Assembly: GCA_964016885.1 (NCBI GenBank)
Contig: OZ024741.1
Coordinates: 302,684,001 to 302,748,000, forward strand
From: Eledone cirrhosa
Lineage: Eukaryota
Direction: 5' to 3'
DNA length: 64,000 nt
Positions 1-13,157 of the stretch are shown in pieces. Position 1 is the stretch's first letter; each line of letters opens with the position of its first letter. The translations under genes were made by a program, and so were the position numbers. The notes under the pieces are model-generated. The model searched no databases, was not told the DNA's origin, and was given only the letters and a program-made list of their open reading frames with translations.

Positions 1-26
1 GTGGTTATTATCATTTGTTGATGAAA

Positions 27-247
27 GGGTGGTGGATTGGCAATGTCAGTAGAGCGTCGGACTAAATGGTTTGTGCGGTATTTAGTTATGACTTTCTACG
101 TTCTGAGTTCAAATTCCACCAAAGTCAACTTTGATTTTCATCCTTCCGGCGGCGATAAAATAAAGTACTAGTTAACTACTAGGATCAAAATAATCGACTT
201 TCCCCTCCCCTGAAATTACAGGCCTTGTGCCTAAATAAGAAAATATT
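27..247 (+). mobile_element. tRNA-derived SINE family A, long subtype
   Basis: A-box-like TGGATTGGCA..GTAG, B-box GAGTTCAAATTCC, body TTTCATCC..CGATAAAATAAAGTAC, 3' GGCCTTGTGCCTAAA; many copies in the window. Confidence 0.85.
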
Positions 248-302
248 TAATGTTAGAAAGAATTATTTATTGTTGTGGTTATTATTATGATTTATTGTGG
301 CA

Positions 303-497
303 ACGGTGGTAGACTGGCAAAATCAGTAGAGCGTCGGACAAGATGCTTTGTGGCATAGAGTTACGCCGAGGTCAGCTTTGCCTTTCATCCGTTCTGGGTC
401 GATAAAATAAAGTACCAGTCCCACACTGGGGTCGATTTAATTGACTTTCTTCTCCTCTAAATTTGCTGGCCTTGTGCCTAAATTATAGACCACTATT
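303..497 (+). mobile_element. SINE family A copy with internal deletion, followed by (TTG)n
   Basis: Same head, body and 3' end as 27-247. Confidence 0.8.
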
Positions 498-1324
498 GTT
501 GTTGTTGTTGTTGTTGTTGTTGATAGCAGAAGCCTGCTACGGAATTGACCAAATGAACTATAACAGTAATACTAAGAATATGAATAACAGCAGCAATCCT
601 TTATTGAAAACTTCAGATGTTTTAAAGATCTAACCAAGTGCTGCGACTTCTCTACGACGTGCAATTAACGTAATAGTCATACTGTATGTTAAGGAGAAAT
701 CTCTCAGCTGAGCAAGTTAAAGTGATATGATCAGATTTTGATTTTGACAGAAGCTAAGTCATTTAAATCTTTAACTTTCATCATACAATTCATATTTTTT
801 GTTTTGTTGTATTACATTTGTTTCTGTTATCTGTTATACATAAACTTATTATGTCAACTATATTTTACAGACAGAAGTTATACAATGATGGAAATATGAA
901 TAAAGATAAAACCCCAATTTAAGTAAGGAAAAAAGGGAGGCGAGGTAAAAAAGGGCAGATCTGGCTGTATAGGAAAGTAGAGGAAAGGACTATAAATGCC
1001 AGAAATGAGAGAAAAGAGCAAGGACTATTAGGCTACGAAAGAAAGAGAGGGGAAAAAGGAGAAGGTGTCGGGCTCTATGCCTAGAGCGAGGTGGTGTTAC
1101 TGCCATGGAAAAGACATGATCGCTATAATTTCCAATATTTCATTTATCTCACTTAAAATGTAAACAGCCTGCACAACATTATTTGCCGATATGTCCCCGT
1201 CCTCCTTTAAAAAAAAAAGAGTTTTAAAAACTGAGTTTGATATCAAGGAAGATTAGCAGCGTTTTCTATCCTTGACGAATGACCGTGTATTTTCGTATGT
1301 GTTATGTTTAGTTTCGTGTGTTAA

Positions 1325-1593
1325 GGAGGTGCGTGGTCTAGTGGTAAAGGTGTTGGACTTACTATCATAATGCCGTGGGTTCGATTCCTTGGCTGGGTTG
1401 TGTGTTGTGGTCTTGAGAAAAACAATTCATTTCATGTTGCTCCAGTATACTCAGCTGAAAATGAGCAGCTGGGAATTCAACCCTGCGATGGACTGGTGTC
1501 CTGTTCATGGGGAAGTCTTGTATTCTCTGTCACTTTACCTCACGAAACCGGTATAAACACCGACCCGACGAGCCTTCTGGCTTGAGACAGACT
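1325..1593 (+). mobile_element. tRNA-derived SINE family B (CORE-like central domain)
   Basis: A-box TGGTCTAGTGG, B-box GGTTCGATTCC, central TTGAGAAAAACA..CACGTTGCTCCAG-type domain, tail CTGCGATGGACTGG..GGCTTGAGACAGACT; homologues at 17930-18188 and 46658-46860. Confidence 0.8.
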
Positions 1594-1939
1594 AGGGAGG
1601 AAAGCAATTATGACCTACGGACTGGTTCTGTGTTTGAAAGTTCATTTCGTTGCATGGCAACCATTTATTTGTTTGTTTGTTTGTTTGTTTGTTTATTTGT
1701 TTGTATATTTATTTACATATGTTATTAGTTTTAGTTAAATTACAATAATACAAAGACTGTCTAGACAACTTCCTAGATGTTAAAATATCGTACATTGATC
1801 TTACACATGTAAGTTTTGAACAAGCACACACACAAAACTTGCTTGGACGCCGTTGTATGTATCTATACTTGTTTAAAGATATAATATATGTCTTCATTTA
1901 ATTTGTGTGTATGTATATATATATATATGTATATATATG

Positions 1940-2040
<101 letters not shown>

Positions 2041-2068
2041 ATATATATATATATATATAAATACACAC

Positions 2069-2184
<116 letters not shown>

Positions 2185-2209
2185 GTATATAAACAGACGC
2201 ACATATAAA

Positions 2210-2497
2210 TGGAGTCACTCCGTCGGTTACGACGACGAGTGTTTCACTTGATACTATCAACGGAACAGCCTACTCATGAAATTAACGTGCAAGTGGCTGA
2301 GCATTCCACAGACACTCGTACCCTTTACGTAGTTCTCAATGAAATTCAGTGTGACACAGTGAATTACAGGTACAACTCATTTTTGCCAGCTGAGTGGACT
2401 GGAGGAACGTGAAATAAAGTGTCTTGCTCAAGGACACAACGCACCGCCGGGAATCGAACTCACGACCTTACGATTGTGAGCCAAATACCCTAACCAC
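2210..2497 (-). mobile_element. tRNA-derived SINE family C (head and core shared with B, different tail)
   Basis: Minus strand reads GTGGTTAGGG..GAGTTCGATTCCC..GTGTCCTTGAGCAAGACACTTTATTTCACG; homologues at 19908-20152 and 57465-57772. Confidence 0.8.
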
Positions 2498-2603
2498 ACA
2501 CTTTCACACACATAAATAAACATACACACAAACACGTGTATATACATATATACAAACACAAACTCGCACATATATAATACAATATGTAGAAAGGGTAACA
2601 CAC

Positions 2604-2636
<33 letters not shown>

Positions 2637-2892
2637 TGTGCCATCAATAAAACAGGGAAACCATCAGTGTATGGAATCTATAACCTATGGGAGGCAGGGT
2701 AGACACAATAATTAAAAATATAAATTAAAATGCGCATACGCACCTCTATAACTATATAACACACACATACAAATCCACGCTCTCTCTCCCTCTCTCCCCC
2801 TCTCTCTAGTGTGTTACCATTTCTACATATTGTATTATAAAGTGCACATTATTGACAGGGAATAACGAGAGTCTATGGCTCCGTTAATTTAT

Positions 2893-2988
<96 letters not shown>

Positions 2989-3544
2989 AAATGGGGAGAA
3001 GAATACTGCTGGTTGCACATGGATAACATGTAATAAAATAAGTCTCTCATCAGTGATTTGCCGACGATCATAGATATTTCATTGCATTAAAAATCATATA
3101 CCTCACGTCGGTGCAATAATAACTAAATTAAGTTATTAGGACAATTAAAACGCGTAAAGCGAGTGAAACAAGATAACAACAAAGAGGATAGCTAACCGTA
3201 GAAGGAAGGGAACAAGCTTCATAGTTATTCTGTTAGCATAAGCTAGGTGAATATATGAGCGCTTAGAAAAAAGACCTTTCAGGAGCGAATTCAAATGTGA
3301 GAAAGAGAGAAAAAATACATATATATACACACAAACACACGCACGCGCACACACATATAAATAAACACACACACATATATATATATATATAAACACACAC
3401 ACATATAAACAAACACACACACACATATATATAAACATACAAACACGCACACATGTGTAAACACACACACACATATATATAAACACACACATTCATATAC
3501 ACAGCCACTTTACCGTGGAATATCAAAACATTTTTCTTCCCACC

Positions 3545-3707
3545 TACAATTATTTTCCCACTCTCTCTCAAAATATTACCTCTCTCTCACTAAAACATTA
3601 TACTTTTCTCACCCTCTCTATATACCACTACATGACTCACTCTCTCTCACTAGACCAGCATTCCCCTCTCTCACTAGACCACCAAACTTGCTCCTCCTCT
3701 CTATATC
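3545..3707. repeat. CT-rich minisatellite, left part (about 60-75 bp unit)
   Basis: Repeats of CTCTCTCACTAGACCACCAAA..CTCTCTATATC; continues at 9171 after the LINE. Confidence 0.75.
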
Positions 3708-3911
3708 AATTACCACTTGATATAGACGTGATTTACTTTGCTCCGGATTTTTGCGGATTGTTGTAAAAAAGAACTGAGTTTATTGATCAATTTAATAACA
3801 TTGTTTGGTTTAACCCCTTGCCTTGGCCGTCAGACGTTAAGTCAACAAATTTTCGCCCCTTTCTGGGGCGAAATTTTCAATTTTCATCTAAAAACTGTAG
3901 ACTTGGTGGCA

Positions 3912-5703
3912 ATGGATGCCATTTCCACCTCGCACACTGTCGTGAGTGCCACGCGCACTAAGAAAAGTGGTGGAGGGAAGGTAGGAGTACAAGACTTGCA
4001 GCCGTCCCCCCTCGCATCATCGAAAAACGTGGAAAATATCGAAACTGCGAAACCAAACCCGGCAAATAATACCAGCACCAACAACAAGAACAATGACAAC
4101 AACAACACCACAACCAACAACTGCAACAATAACAACACCAATATAACCAACAGTGACAGTAACACGAAAGACAACAACACCAAAACAACATTCGCACAGA
4201 CCGTAAAAAAAAAACGAACTATACACGCCAATAGACATAACAAATGCTAAACAACTATTACAAGACGCAAAACAATTCATGACTTTTGGCGAAAATGGTG
4301 CTTTTAGCATCAATTCTTCACAGGAATTACGTAGAGAGGCTGTCCTGAAAACTGTGGTTTTCAGGACAATATCGAACATAACAAGAAAACCAGCTCAATT
4401 ATCACAAAATGAAATTGAGCTGGTTCTAAAAGACGCAATGAAGGACTTAACCTTCATACAAAAAGGTAAACTGTTTGGTAGCATTTCCGTGCTGATGAAC
4501 AACCAGTCAACAGCTCAAAAGTACTCGGTAGCACCCATTGTGTCCCCCCCGCTTCACCTTTTACCCCACATACAGGGGAAAAAGGACACAAAGAATAAAA
4601 ATAATGAGTATCACACCAAATGTAAACATTTGGTGGATACTATGTGGAATAATTAACTTTGACGAAGACAAGATAATTTCAATAGGAGAGTCCTCCGGAG
4701 GTGTATTTGGTGGGACCACCGTAGAAGTTCTGGTGCAAATGAGCCCAGAACGAATAGCGAATATCCCACAACGCGTGCCTCTGGACGGGATAACTTATAT
4801 AAACATTTCAGTGGAGGGAAGGCGGCCGTCATGTTACCACTGCTTAAGCAGGGGTCACCTGAGGGCTGCCTGTCCTCAATTAACGAGTAAAAAAAAAAAG
4901 GCTCTTCTGCCAACCCCGAACACAACAACACAACCACCACCACCACCACCACCACCACAACAACAACAACAACAACACGGAAAAATAACAACACAAAACA
5001 CTGTTCCACCCAACCCCTCCCCACCTAAAACAAATACAAAAGCAACCACAACAAAACCCCAAAATATACCCCTCCCCAACAACACGGAAGAGGACTCCGT
5101 ATCAACGTCACCCAGTGACGACGAGGGAGAACCCTTTCAACAGGTGAAAAGGAAAAAAAAAGGCACCACATTAACAAAAATGCCACAAACACACAACCAC
5201 TAGCACAAACAGAACAAACATCACAAATAAAAAAAACCACCCCTCCCCAAAACATAACACATACTACAAAACGCAAACACGCACAAGAACAACAAACAAA
5301 AACAAACACAATACAACAAAAACTCTATACATACATTAACAAGAACAATAAAACGTTGATGAAAGCGATAGAAAATAACCCTTCGGTGGAAACCGAAGGG
5401 ATCACTTTCACCTACGCAGCGAACAAACCGCACCTATTGATGATTAGGGTCCCAACGGAAACCTATGTAACTTTGAAAAAGAACCATCCAATGCATGTGG
5501 GGACCAACTGCACCAAACCACATAACAGCGTCCTATTGAGATGTTTCCCTACCCCCACACCAGACACCCACACCCCACCAAACACCCTAATCCCACCACA
5601 CACTGATGTCCTCACCCCACCACAAACCACCACCCCACCAAACAACCCTTCCAACACCCCCATGGAAATTGTGCAGCCTGGTCCCCAGGAGACGAAGAGG
5701 TAA
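3912..5703 (+). pseudogene. Tx1 ORF1 (gag-like, zinc knuckle), disrupted
   Basis: Starts MDAISTSH; contains ISVEGRRPSCYHCLSRGHLRAACP (CX2CX4HX4C); N/T/P-rich low-complexity stretches; split over four ORF-track entries by frameshifts in homopolymers and by stops. Confidence 0.8.
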
Positions 5704-5745
5704 GTAATTTCCTTTCCTCTTCCTTTTTACCTCTTCAGCACCAAC

Positions 5746-8700
5746 ATGGCCAATATAAGAGTTGGATGTGTGAATGCACGCGGCTTGGGGATGTCCTGGA
5801 AACAGGGCAAACTCTTAAATGACCTTAGGTCGCACAGAGTGGATGTAATGGTTATTTGCGAGTCCATGATCAGCTGCGAAAATACCTGGGTCTTGCCACA
5901 CAGAAGGTACACCTGGACCCGGAGGGTCGACTGGTGGTTTTAGACGTCGGCAGTGGTGAAGGTGGAGCTTTCAGGCTGGTGGCAGCGTATGCCCCATCTG
6001 GGACACCGCGACCGGACTTCTTCCGACGCCTGGAGAATTTCCTAGGAACGTCTCGCTCCTTGCTTTTAGCGGGGGACTGTGCCACGGTGGACGTGGAGTA
6101 ATCGCAGCGGAACATCCAGGTCGTACCTAGATAGGTTCCTAGTTAGAAATAAGGATAGGGACACATTAAGCTGTCCACGAATGTTCATGGTTGACTATTC
6201 GGATCACAAGTTGTTGACCGGAGTGGTCAACCTTGATAGAACTCATAGACAGGGACCCGGTTACTGGAAGCTAAACTTGTCTTTACCGACAAACATAGCT
6301 TACAGTAAGCGGATTAGCACACTAGTTAAGTAGCGTTTTACGGGGGCAATTGTCAACAGCAGGTGGTGGGGCTCTCTCAAGAGAGAAATTAGAATAGAAT
6401 CGATAGGTTTTAGTCGGGAATTAGCATCAGATAGGAATAGAACTGAAAGGGAATTAACAAATAGAGTAGAAGAGGCGATTAGGAGTGGCAACGTGGCCGG
6501 CGTGCTGGCGTCAAGAACGGCCCTAGACCAGTTTATTGATGCGAAGCACGAGGGCTGCGTTGTCAGGAGTAAAATACGTGCTCTGGGTAACGAGGGAGCC
6601 AAAGCTGTTAGCTGGGTCCGAGTGACAGAGGCAAAAAGTGGAAACAAGTCCACGATTCGGTCTTTGAAGGACCAGGATGGACGCGTGATCCTTGAACCTG
6701 AGCGGATGAGCGCGGCCTTTCAACGGCGCTTTGCACGACTGTTCGGGAGGGGCGGCGGGCCGGGTGGGGCCATGGATTTCGGTCCATACCTCGACGGTCT
6801 GGCGCGGCTCTCGGACGGGGAGGCGAAGTCCTGCGAGAGGCCGATTTCAGCCGCTGAAATAGGGGAAGCGCTGAGCCAATGCGGCAAACGCAAATCTCCG
6901 GGTCTCGATGCTCTACCATACGAACTTTATGTAGCGATGCCGGGCTTGTTCTCCGGTCTCCTCGAGGCGGTCTACTGCAACTGGCAACAGAACGGGAGAA
7001 TTCCCAGTTCTGTGACCAAGGGCGTAGTCACGCTGGTGAGGAAGGACGAGAACAAGGGGGATGACATAGATAACTTCAGGCCCATAACTCTGCTAAACAC
7101 AGAGTTAAAGATTTTGGCCAAGGTGTTAGCGAAGAGGTTGGCGCTTGTCGTCGGGAACCTGGTGGGAGAAGCGCAGACATGCGCAATCCCGTCCAGGTCC
7201 ATACACGACAACCTCCACCTCATGCGATACATCGTAGAGAGGGTAGGGAACGAACCCGGCTTTGGTGGGGCCCTGATCAACTTGGATCAATCTAAAGCGT
7301 TCGATAGGGTTGACCATCGGTACCTGGATGCGGTGCTCGCGGCGGCAGGCTTCGTACCCGTTTTCAGGGGCTGGATTGCTGCAATGCACAGCAGCAACAC
7401 CTGCTCGAGGGTCAAGGTGAACGGCTACCTCTCGGAGCCGTTCCAAATCACGCGATCCATTTGACAGGGATGCCCTCTCTCCTCCCTCCTGTATGTGCTG
7501 GCTCTCGAGCCACTACCGAGGAAGCTGGAGCTGTTGCAGGGCATCCCTTTGGAACCGGGATTGCGGAAAGCGGTGTCGGCCTACGCCGATGACGTGACAG
7601 TAATGGTGTCGTGCGCCTCGGAAATCGGGCAGATCGGCACCTTACTGGAGGAATATGAAAGGTTTACAGGAGCCAAGCTGAACCGGGACAAGTCCGTCGG
7701 CTTGCAACTCGGGACGTGGAGGGGCAAAACGATGCCCTCCGACGGCATCGTCGGACGCTGGACGGAGGGACCGGTGAAGCTGCTCAGGGTCTGGTTCGGA
7801 CCGGACCTCCAGGTGGAGAAAAACTGGGACGAGGTAACGGGCAAGGTGTTTGCACTCGCCCAGAAGTGGGCCGAGTGCAAACTATCCCTGAAAGGTCGAG
7901 CGGAGGTGGCGAACGCTTATATAACGTCCGTCATCTACTACCGCTTGACCGTCGTGCCTTGCCCAGAGAAAACACTCGCCAAAATGGAGCGCGCACTCTT
8001 AAGATCCATCTGCTGTCAACACCCTTCGAACGGAGGGCTGGGGATGCAATGGCTGACGATGCGTAGACACGCATTAAGGCTACGGCACCTCCAGGTATTC
8101 CTCACCGGTCAGCCGGTGTGGGCCCTGTTTGTGAGGCGAGCCTTTCCGAGACTCGTCTCACTCACCGAGCTGCAATCCTGGGTCAAGCAAAGACCGAGAA
8201 AAGTGGGCGACTGGCACATTGAATGTGCCCAGGCGCTCACGGCCCTCTGGCAAGCGGATCCGGAAATCAGTGGAGACTCAACCTCAACATTCTATAGAGG
8301 GTTGGTGCGCAGTAAGTGCGACGACGCTCTCGGAGAGGCTCTGGGCATGGAGGAAGACGAGCTGGCCAGTCTGTTCGGTAGGACGTTTGGCCCGGGACCG
8401 ATGGACAACTTCCAAAAGTCCCTGGCTTGGCAATGTTACCGAGGAGCTCTACCCGTTCGGGACAAGCTCTACAGACACGGGTGCCCGGGCAGGGACCCCT
8501 CGAAGAAGATCTGTCCAAGATGCGTGCATGACGAGGAAACCGTCGCACACGCATTCGTACACTGCCCGGGCGTTGCTGACCTGTGGGGCTATGTAGAACG
8601 ACTACTGTCGCGGGTGGGACCAATCCGGTTGACCACCGAGAACATTGTCACAATCAAACCGCCTCCCCCTTTCAAAAACGAAGGAGAGGCGGTTTTCCTC

Positions 8701-8928
8701 TGTGTGATAGCCATGGCGAAAGAAGTTGTATGGTGGACAAGGTTGAAAGGGCTGAGGTCAGACACCTTTTTCTCCGGCCAACAACTGGTCTTTTTTTTCA
8801 AGTACCACTTTAGAAGAAGGATCAGAATGGAGAGAGAGGTGCTCTACCCAAGCAAGTTTTATGAAAGATGGGTGAAAGTAGCGAGAATGGCCCGAGTGAA
8901 TGGGCCTTCTCTCTATATCAGCCTGTAG
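5746..8928 (+). pseudogene. Tx1 ORF2 (APE endonuclease, reverse transcriptase, zinc finger), disrupted
   Basis: VGCVNARGL, VICES, YLDRF, SDH (endonuclease); KSPGLD, NFRPITLLN, DQSKAFDRVDH, QGCPLS, YADD (RT); CPRC..ET..HAFVHC; internal stops at 6331-6333 and 7462-7464 plus deletions and frameshifts in the endonuclease. Confidence 0.93.
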
Positions 8929-9170
8929 GTGAGAGAACAGAAGAATGAGAAGAGGAAGGAAGCACCCGCCCTTTGTGCTCCTGAAGAGGAGGGTTGCACA
9001 TTTTTTCGGGGGTGTGTGCGACCCATGTCAACGCCCCTCCCTATTGAGGACATCGATTGTTAAATTTAATTTGTTATATGGTTTTTACACGTCTTTTTAA
9101 ATGTATGTAAACTCCCCCCCCCTTTGTATTTGTCCCAATCTTTGATGCCCTGGTGGCAAATAAATAGAAA

Positions 9171-9705
9171 TATATATCTCACTACATACAACACAGACTC
9201 ACTCAATTCTCCCTCTCTTAGTAGACCACCAAATTCTTTCCCACTCTTTATATTCCACTATATACCTCACTCTCTTTCACTCTCTTAACTCACCCTCTCT
9301 CACTAAGCTAATAAACTCTCACCCCTCTCTATTATCCACTACATATCCCACTCTCTTTCACAATTCCCCCTCTATCACTAGAATACCAAATTCTCTCCCC
9401 CTCTCTATATTCGACTACATATCTTACTCTCTTTCACTCTCTTAACCCCCCTCTCTCATTAAACCAACAAATTATCTCCCGCGCTCTACATACCACTACA
9501 TACCTCACTCTCTCATAATTTCCCCTCTCTCTCTAGACCAACAAATTCTCTCCCCTCTCTATATGTCTCTACATACCTCATCCTCTCTCACTAAACCAAC
9601 AAATTATCTCCCCCTCTCTATATCCCACTACATACCTCACTCTCACAATTCCCCCTCTCATTAAACCACCAAATTCTGTCGCCCTCTCTATATCCCACTA
9701 CAATA
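9171..9705. repeat. CT-rich minisatellite, right part (about 7-8 units of 58-76 bp)
   Basis: Recurrent CTCTCTATATCCCACTACATACCTCACTCT..ACTAAACCAACAAATT. Confidence 0.85.
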
Positions 9706-10014
9706 TGTTTTACTTTGAAACAACAAATGTTTTCATCTTCTGTAAAGAACGACAGTTTTCCACCTCTCCCCTACCTTTTGAACCCCTGGGGGTGGGGGAG
9801 ATCTTTCTTTTCTGGTGGTGTGCTTTTGTTGAATTATTTGACAGGAGTTTAAAATATATGGTGGTGGTGGTGTGGTGGTGTTGGTAGCAGTGTGTTGGTG
9901 GTGGTAGTGGTGGTGTAGTGGGTGGTGGTGGTGGTAGTGTGGTATTGTTGTTGGTGTTTGCTTGATTTGAATCTATCTATCTATCTATATACTACTAAAA
10001 CTCTGTAATACGTA

Positions 10015-10114
<100 letters not shown>

Positions 10115-10152
10115 ATATTAACAAATGAAAACTATATTTATAAAACCATATT

Positions 10153-10218
10153 TATTTCATTATACATATTTCAAGGGCCACCAGAGAAAACTATGGTGCG
10201 CTTTCATCAGATAAAATA
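10153..10218 (-). ncRNA. Type I hammerhead ribozyme motif (family H1) within a TA-anchored element spanning about 10110-10378
   Basis: Minus strand: TATTTTAT-CTGATGA-AAGCGCACCA..TGGTGGCCCTT-GAAA-TATGTA-TA-ATGAAATA; core and helices I-III present. Confidence 0.75.
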
Positions 10219-10373
10219 TAATATAGGTTAGTTTTATAAATAAATATTGACATACCCTTAAAAAATGCAACCATTCTGGTTGGAATCTCCTGGATTTACT
10301 CCAATAATTTGTTGAGTGCTTTATATCAGTTATAAAAATATTTTGCTTGTTGTATCCCAACAAATTAAATATA

Positions 10374-10467
<94 letters not shown>

Positions 10468-10513
10468 GTAAAAGAAATCAAAGAACGCCTACATACTCAT
10501 ACAATTTTTATTT

Positions 10514-10544
10514 GCTGACAATGTTTCATCCATACCATCAGAGC
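10514..10544 (-). ncRNA. Minimal hammerhead-like motif (variant core)
   Basis: Minus strand: GCT-CTGATGG-TATGGAT-GAAAC-ATT-GTC-AGC; A9 replaced by G, helix II vestigial. Confidence 0.45.
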
Positions 10545-11164
10545 TTTATAAACAAAAATACAGTGCTGAGTATAAGCTCTACCAAGTTTAGTCACATGAA
10601 CATTAGAAATACAGTAGAGGGTAACAAGAGGGAGATCGGAAATGGCGAGTTGGAGAGAGTGCATAGTGGGGTTGTTATTCAGCACTATAGTTATATGCTA
10701 GGGTACAGGCAGATTTTTTCACAAGATGCGGAAGCACGTGAGGGCACACAAAAGCAAAAAGTATAAACAGTTAAAACATATAATAATAAAGTAAAAGGAA
10801 AATAATAATATAAAGAGATAAAAAAAGAAAAAAAACAAGAAAAAAAAAGAAAAAATTTAAAGCGCACAAAAAACCAGAGGAAGCTATGCGTTGGTCACTA
10901 TATATAACAGGTGATTTAGTTCTCCGTAACTTAGAGTTATAGAGATACTAAAAGGCTACCAAGGTACCTTCAGAAAGCCCAAATGGGATTTTATTCCTCC
11001 CCATAGTATACATAATCAAGGTATACTAGTAGGTTACGGAATTATATGGACCATGGGTGCTAAACCTGTATATAGACAGGCACCACATAAATACAAGCCA
11101 AATACAAGCAAAGCGGGGTTATTGCATGATCAAGCTAAAGCAAAAATACATAACAAAATATATA

Positions 11165-11879
11165 TATTATTACTCTGAGGCCCTATACCTTGTCGAGTGC
11201 TTGGCTGCACTGCTAAAAGCATTCGTCAGCTTAGCTGAGGCTCTGGCTTCGAATATACTGTACTTCCATTTGTATTACTATCTCCTAGACCTAATGATTA
11301 ATTGATTAATTTAATTAGACAATTCCAGTGATTGGTTAATTATTTAAGTTTGTTTAATAACGACCTGGTTGAGTGCTTAATTCAGTTTGTGTATGGAACT
11401 TTTTCCATTGCTCATAATTTGAATTTGACCGCCAAAAACCGGAGTTATCTCACTTTGGAGTAACATGTGCCCACACAACCGAATTTGGTGTCAGAACGGA
11501 AAGCCTGTTGAGAAAGTAAATCCACTGTTCCTTCCTCCAGAAACTTTACTTACACACACTGCAAGCGGATTCTGTTGATTTCGGATTTACAGAAACCTAA
11601 CTGAGATATTGCAAAATATTCGAAGTGATGGTCCAGGTTTGTTATATGTATATATATGTATATATAATATGTATATGTGTATGAATTTTTTTCTCACGAG
11701 TCAGTTCTTTCGTTGCTACGGACCCCGGCCAAATTACCGGTCGCTGTCTTCATTTTGCAAAGCCCTTTAAACTGTATATTATTACTCTGAGGCCCTATAC
11801 CTTGTCGAGTGCTTGGCTGCACTGCTGAATGTATTCGTCGGCTTAGCTGAGGCTCTAGCTTCGAATATGCTGTACTTCC

Positions 11880-11885
<6 letters not shown>
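11165..11885 (+). repeat. Two direct copies (11165-11277 and 11776-11885) of a TA-terminated interspersed repeat
   Basis: TATTACTCTGAGGCCCTATACCTTGTCGAGTGC..CTGTACTTCCATTT occurs twice; a diverged relative lies at 43990-44210. Confidence 0.75.
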
Positions 11886-11929
<44 letters not shown>

Positions 11930-11993
11930 ACGGTTGCATACTTACATTTATGTATCAGTTGTGCTAAGGCGAAAAATAAAATTTTAATTTTAC

Positions 11994-12061
<68 letters not shown>

Positions 12062-12169
12062 ACAACATTTACACATATGCTTACATTTATACACATTCAC
12101 ACCTCTGACACATGCACATGCACCTACACACGCATATGTACGTACACACACACATGAATGTATTTTATT

Positions 12170-12450
12170 TATTTTTCTCTCGGCCAAGTCAAGTTTAGGT
12201 GATGGCGGCGGCATCGATGGGTCTATCGCTATTTCATTCATATTGAGGTTGTTGGCGAACTTTATTTCAGCTTCTAGTATATGAATAGCTTCTTTTAATG
12301 TCACAATGTGGGCTAAGCCTGATGTGTAGAGTGAATTTTCACCTTAAATGTACATGAATGAGCTGCTTTGTTGGTGTTTGACATGTCGACAATGCGCCTG
12401 CGTAAGATGGCGTTCATGGGCTTCAACAGATGAACTTTTATAACATATAT
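12170..12450 (-). pseudogene. Possible GIY-YIG endonuclease C-terminal remnant (Penelope-like)
   Basis: Translations ILRRRIVD..FKVKIH and VTLKEAIHI..NLNMNE resemble the C-terminal EA-I..LN pattern of GIY-YIG domains; frameshifted. Confidence 0.35.
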
Positions 12451-12471
12451 TGCTACGCTTAGGAAAAATAT

Positions 12472-12669
12472 CAGACTTGCCAACCTATGAAAACCCAAAT
12501 GGGGAGCACCATGAAAAAAAAAAGTGCTCCAAAACGGGGAGAAATTAGGCAAAATGGGGAGATTTTACATAATGGAAGGTATACCCATTTTCACAAGAGA
12601 AGACATCTCTCACCCACCCCAAAATGGGTGGGAAATCTCATTGTCAGACGGGGATAGTTGACAGGTTTG
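12472..12669. mobile_element. hAT-like MITE of about 200 bp
   Basis: Imperfect TIRs CAGACTTGCCAAC / GTTGACAGGTTTG; second copy at 57262-57455; 8-bp TSD not clearly preserved. Confidence 0.65.
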
Positions 12670-12869
12670 AAATATGGGTAAAAAAAAAAGGCTTTAAAAT
12701 GCTTATATTTATTTAAAAACCTTCCATCATAATTTTATCTAAGAGCCATTATTAAATAATGTTTCAAATACCAGCTTAATAATGAGAAAGTTAGTGTGCG
12801 TATCCCGTATACACCTATATATGTATCTATATACGTGTAAAAAAGCAATGACCATTGAAGAGATTTTTG

Positions 12870-13045
12870 AGTGTTTTCCACCTCCAAATACTTACCCTCC
12901 GCATCTGGGTCCCAGCAGATAGGATGGAGAATACCCCCCCCCCAGAGGACGACGAGGGAGATGCGCTGAAACAGCCTCTCGACCTCGCGGGGCTCGCACC
13001 TGCGGGCGGCCAACTCCCCCTCCGATAGCAGCTTGTGGACTAGTG
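12870..13045 (-). pseudogene. CRE-clade-like non-LTR retrotransposon 3' remnant (end of the restriction-like endonuclease domain)
   Basis: GC-rich island encoding EPREVERLFQRISLVVL, like the FQRISxAxxRGN motif at CRE-type C-termini. Confidence 0.55.
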
Positions 13046-13157
13046 TCATCAATAATGACGGAAATAGCATTAACAGTTTTTAATTTTTGGAGCTCAGGAT
13101 TGGTATGCCATCTATACTTAGAATACTGGATATATGAACATTCATGCAAACTGGAAA

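Larger units (their letters stand above)
3708..9170 (+). mobile_element. Tx1-clade (L1 group) non-LTR retrotransposon, near full length, inactivated
   Basis: Two-ORF layout: ORF1 with CCHC knuckle, ORF2 with APE endonuclease, RT and C-terminal zinc motif; 3' end AATAAATAGAAA; TATATC duplicated at 3702-3707 and 9173-9178. Confidence 0.92.

Noticed and set aside
3035-3085. Permuted (type II) hammerhead on the minus strand: GAAA-TATC-TA-TGAT..ATCA-CTGATGA
   Set aside because: The helix II strands do not pair.
9171-9705. CRISPR-like array
   Set aside because: Degenerate tandem units without unique spacers, in a eukaryotic context.
11482-11500. TGGTGTCAGAA as a tRNA-Leu primer-binding site of an LTR element
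   Set aside because: Only 11 nt match, with no paired LTR, gag or pol nearby.
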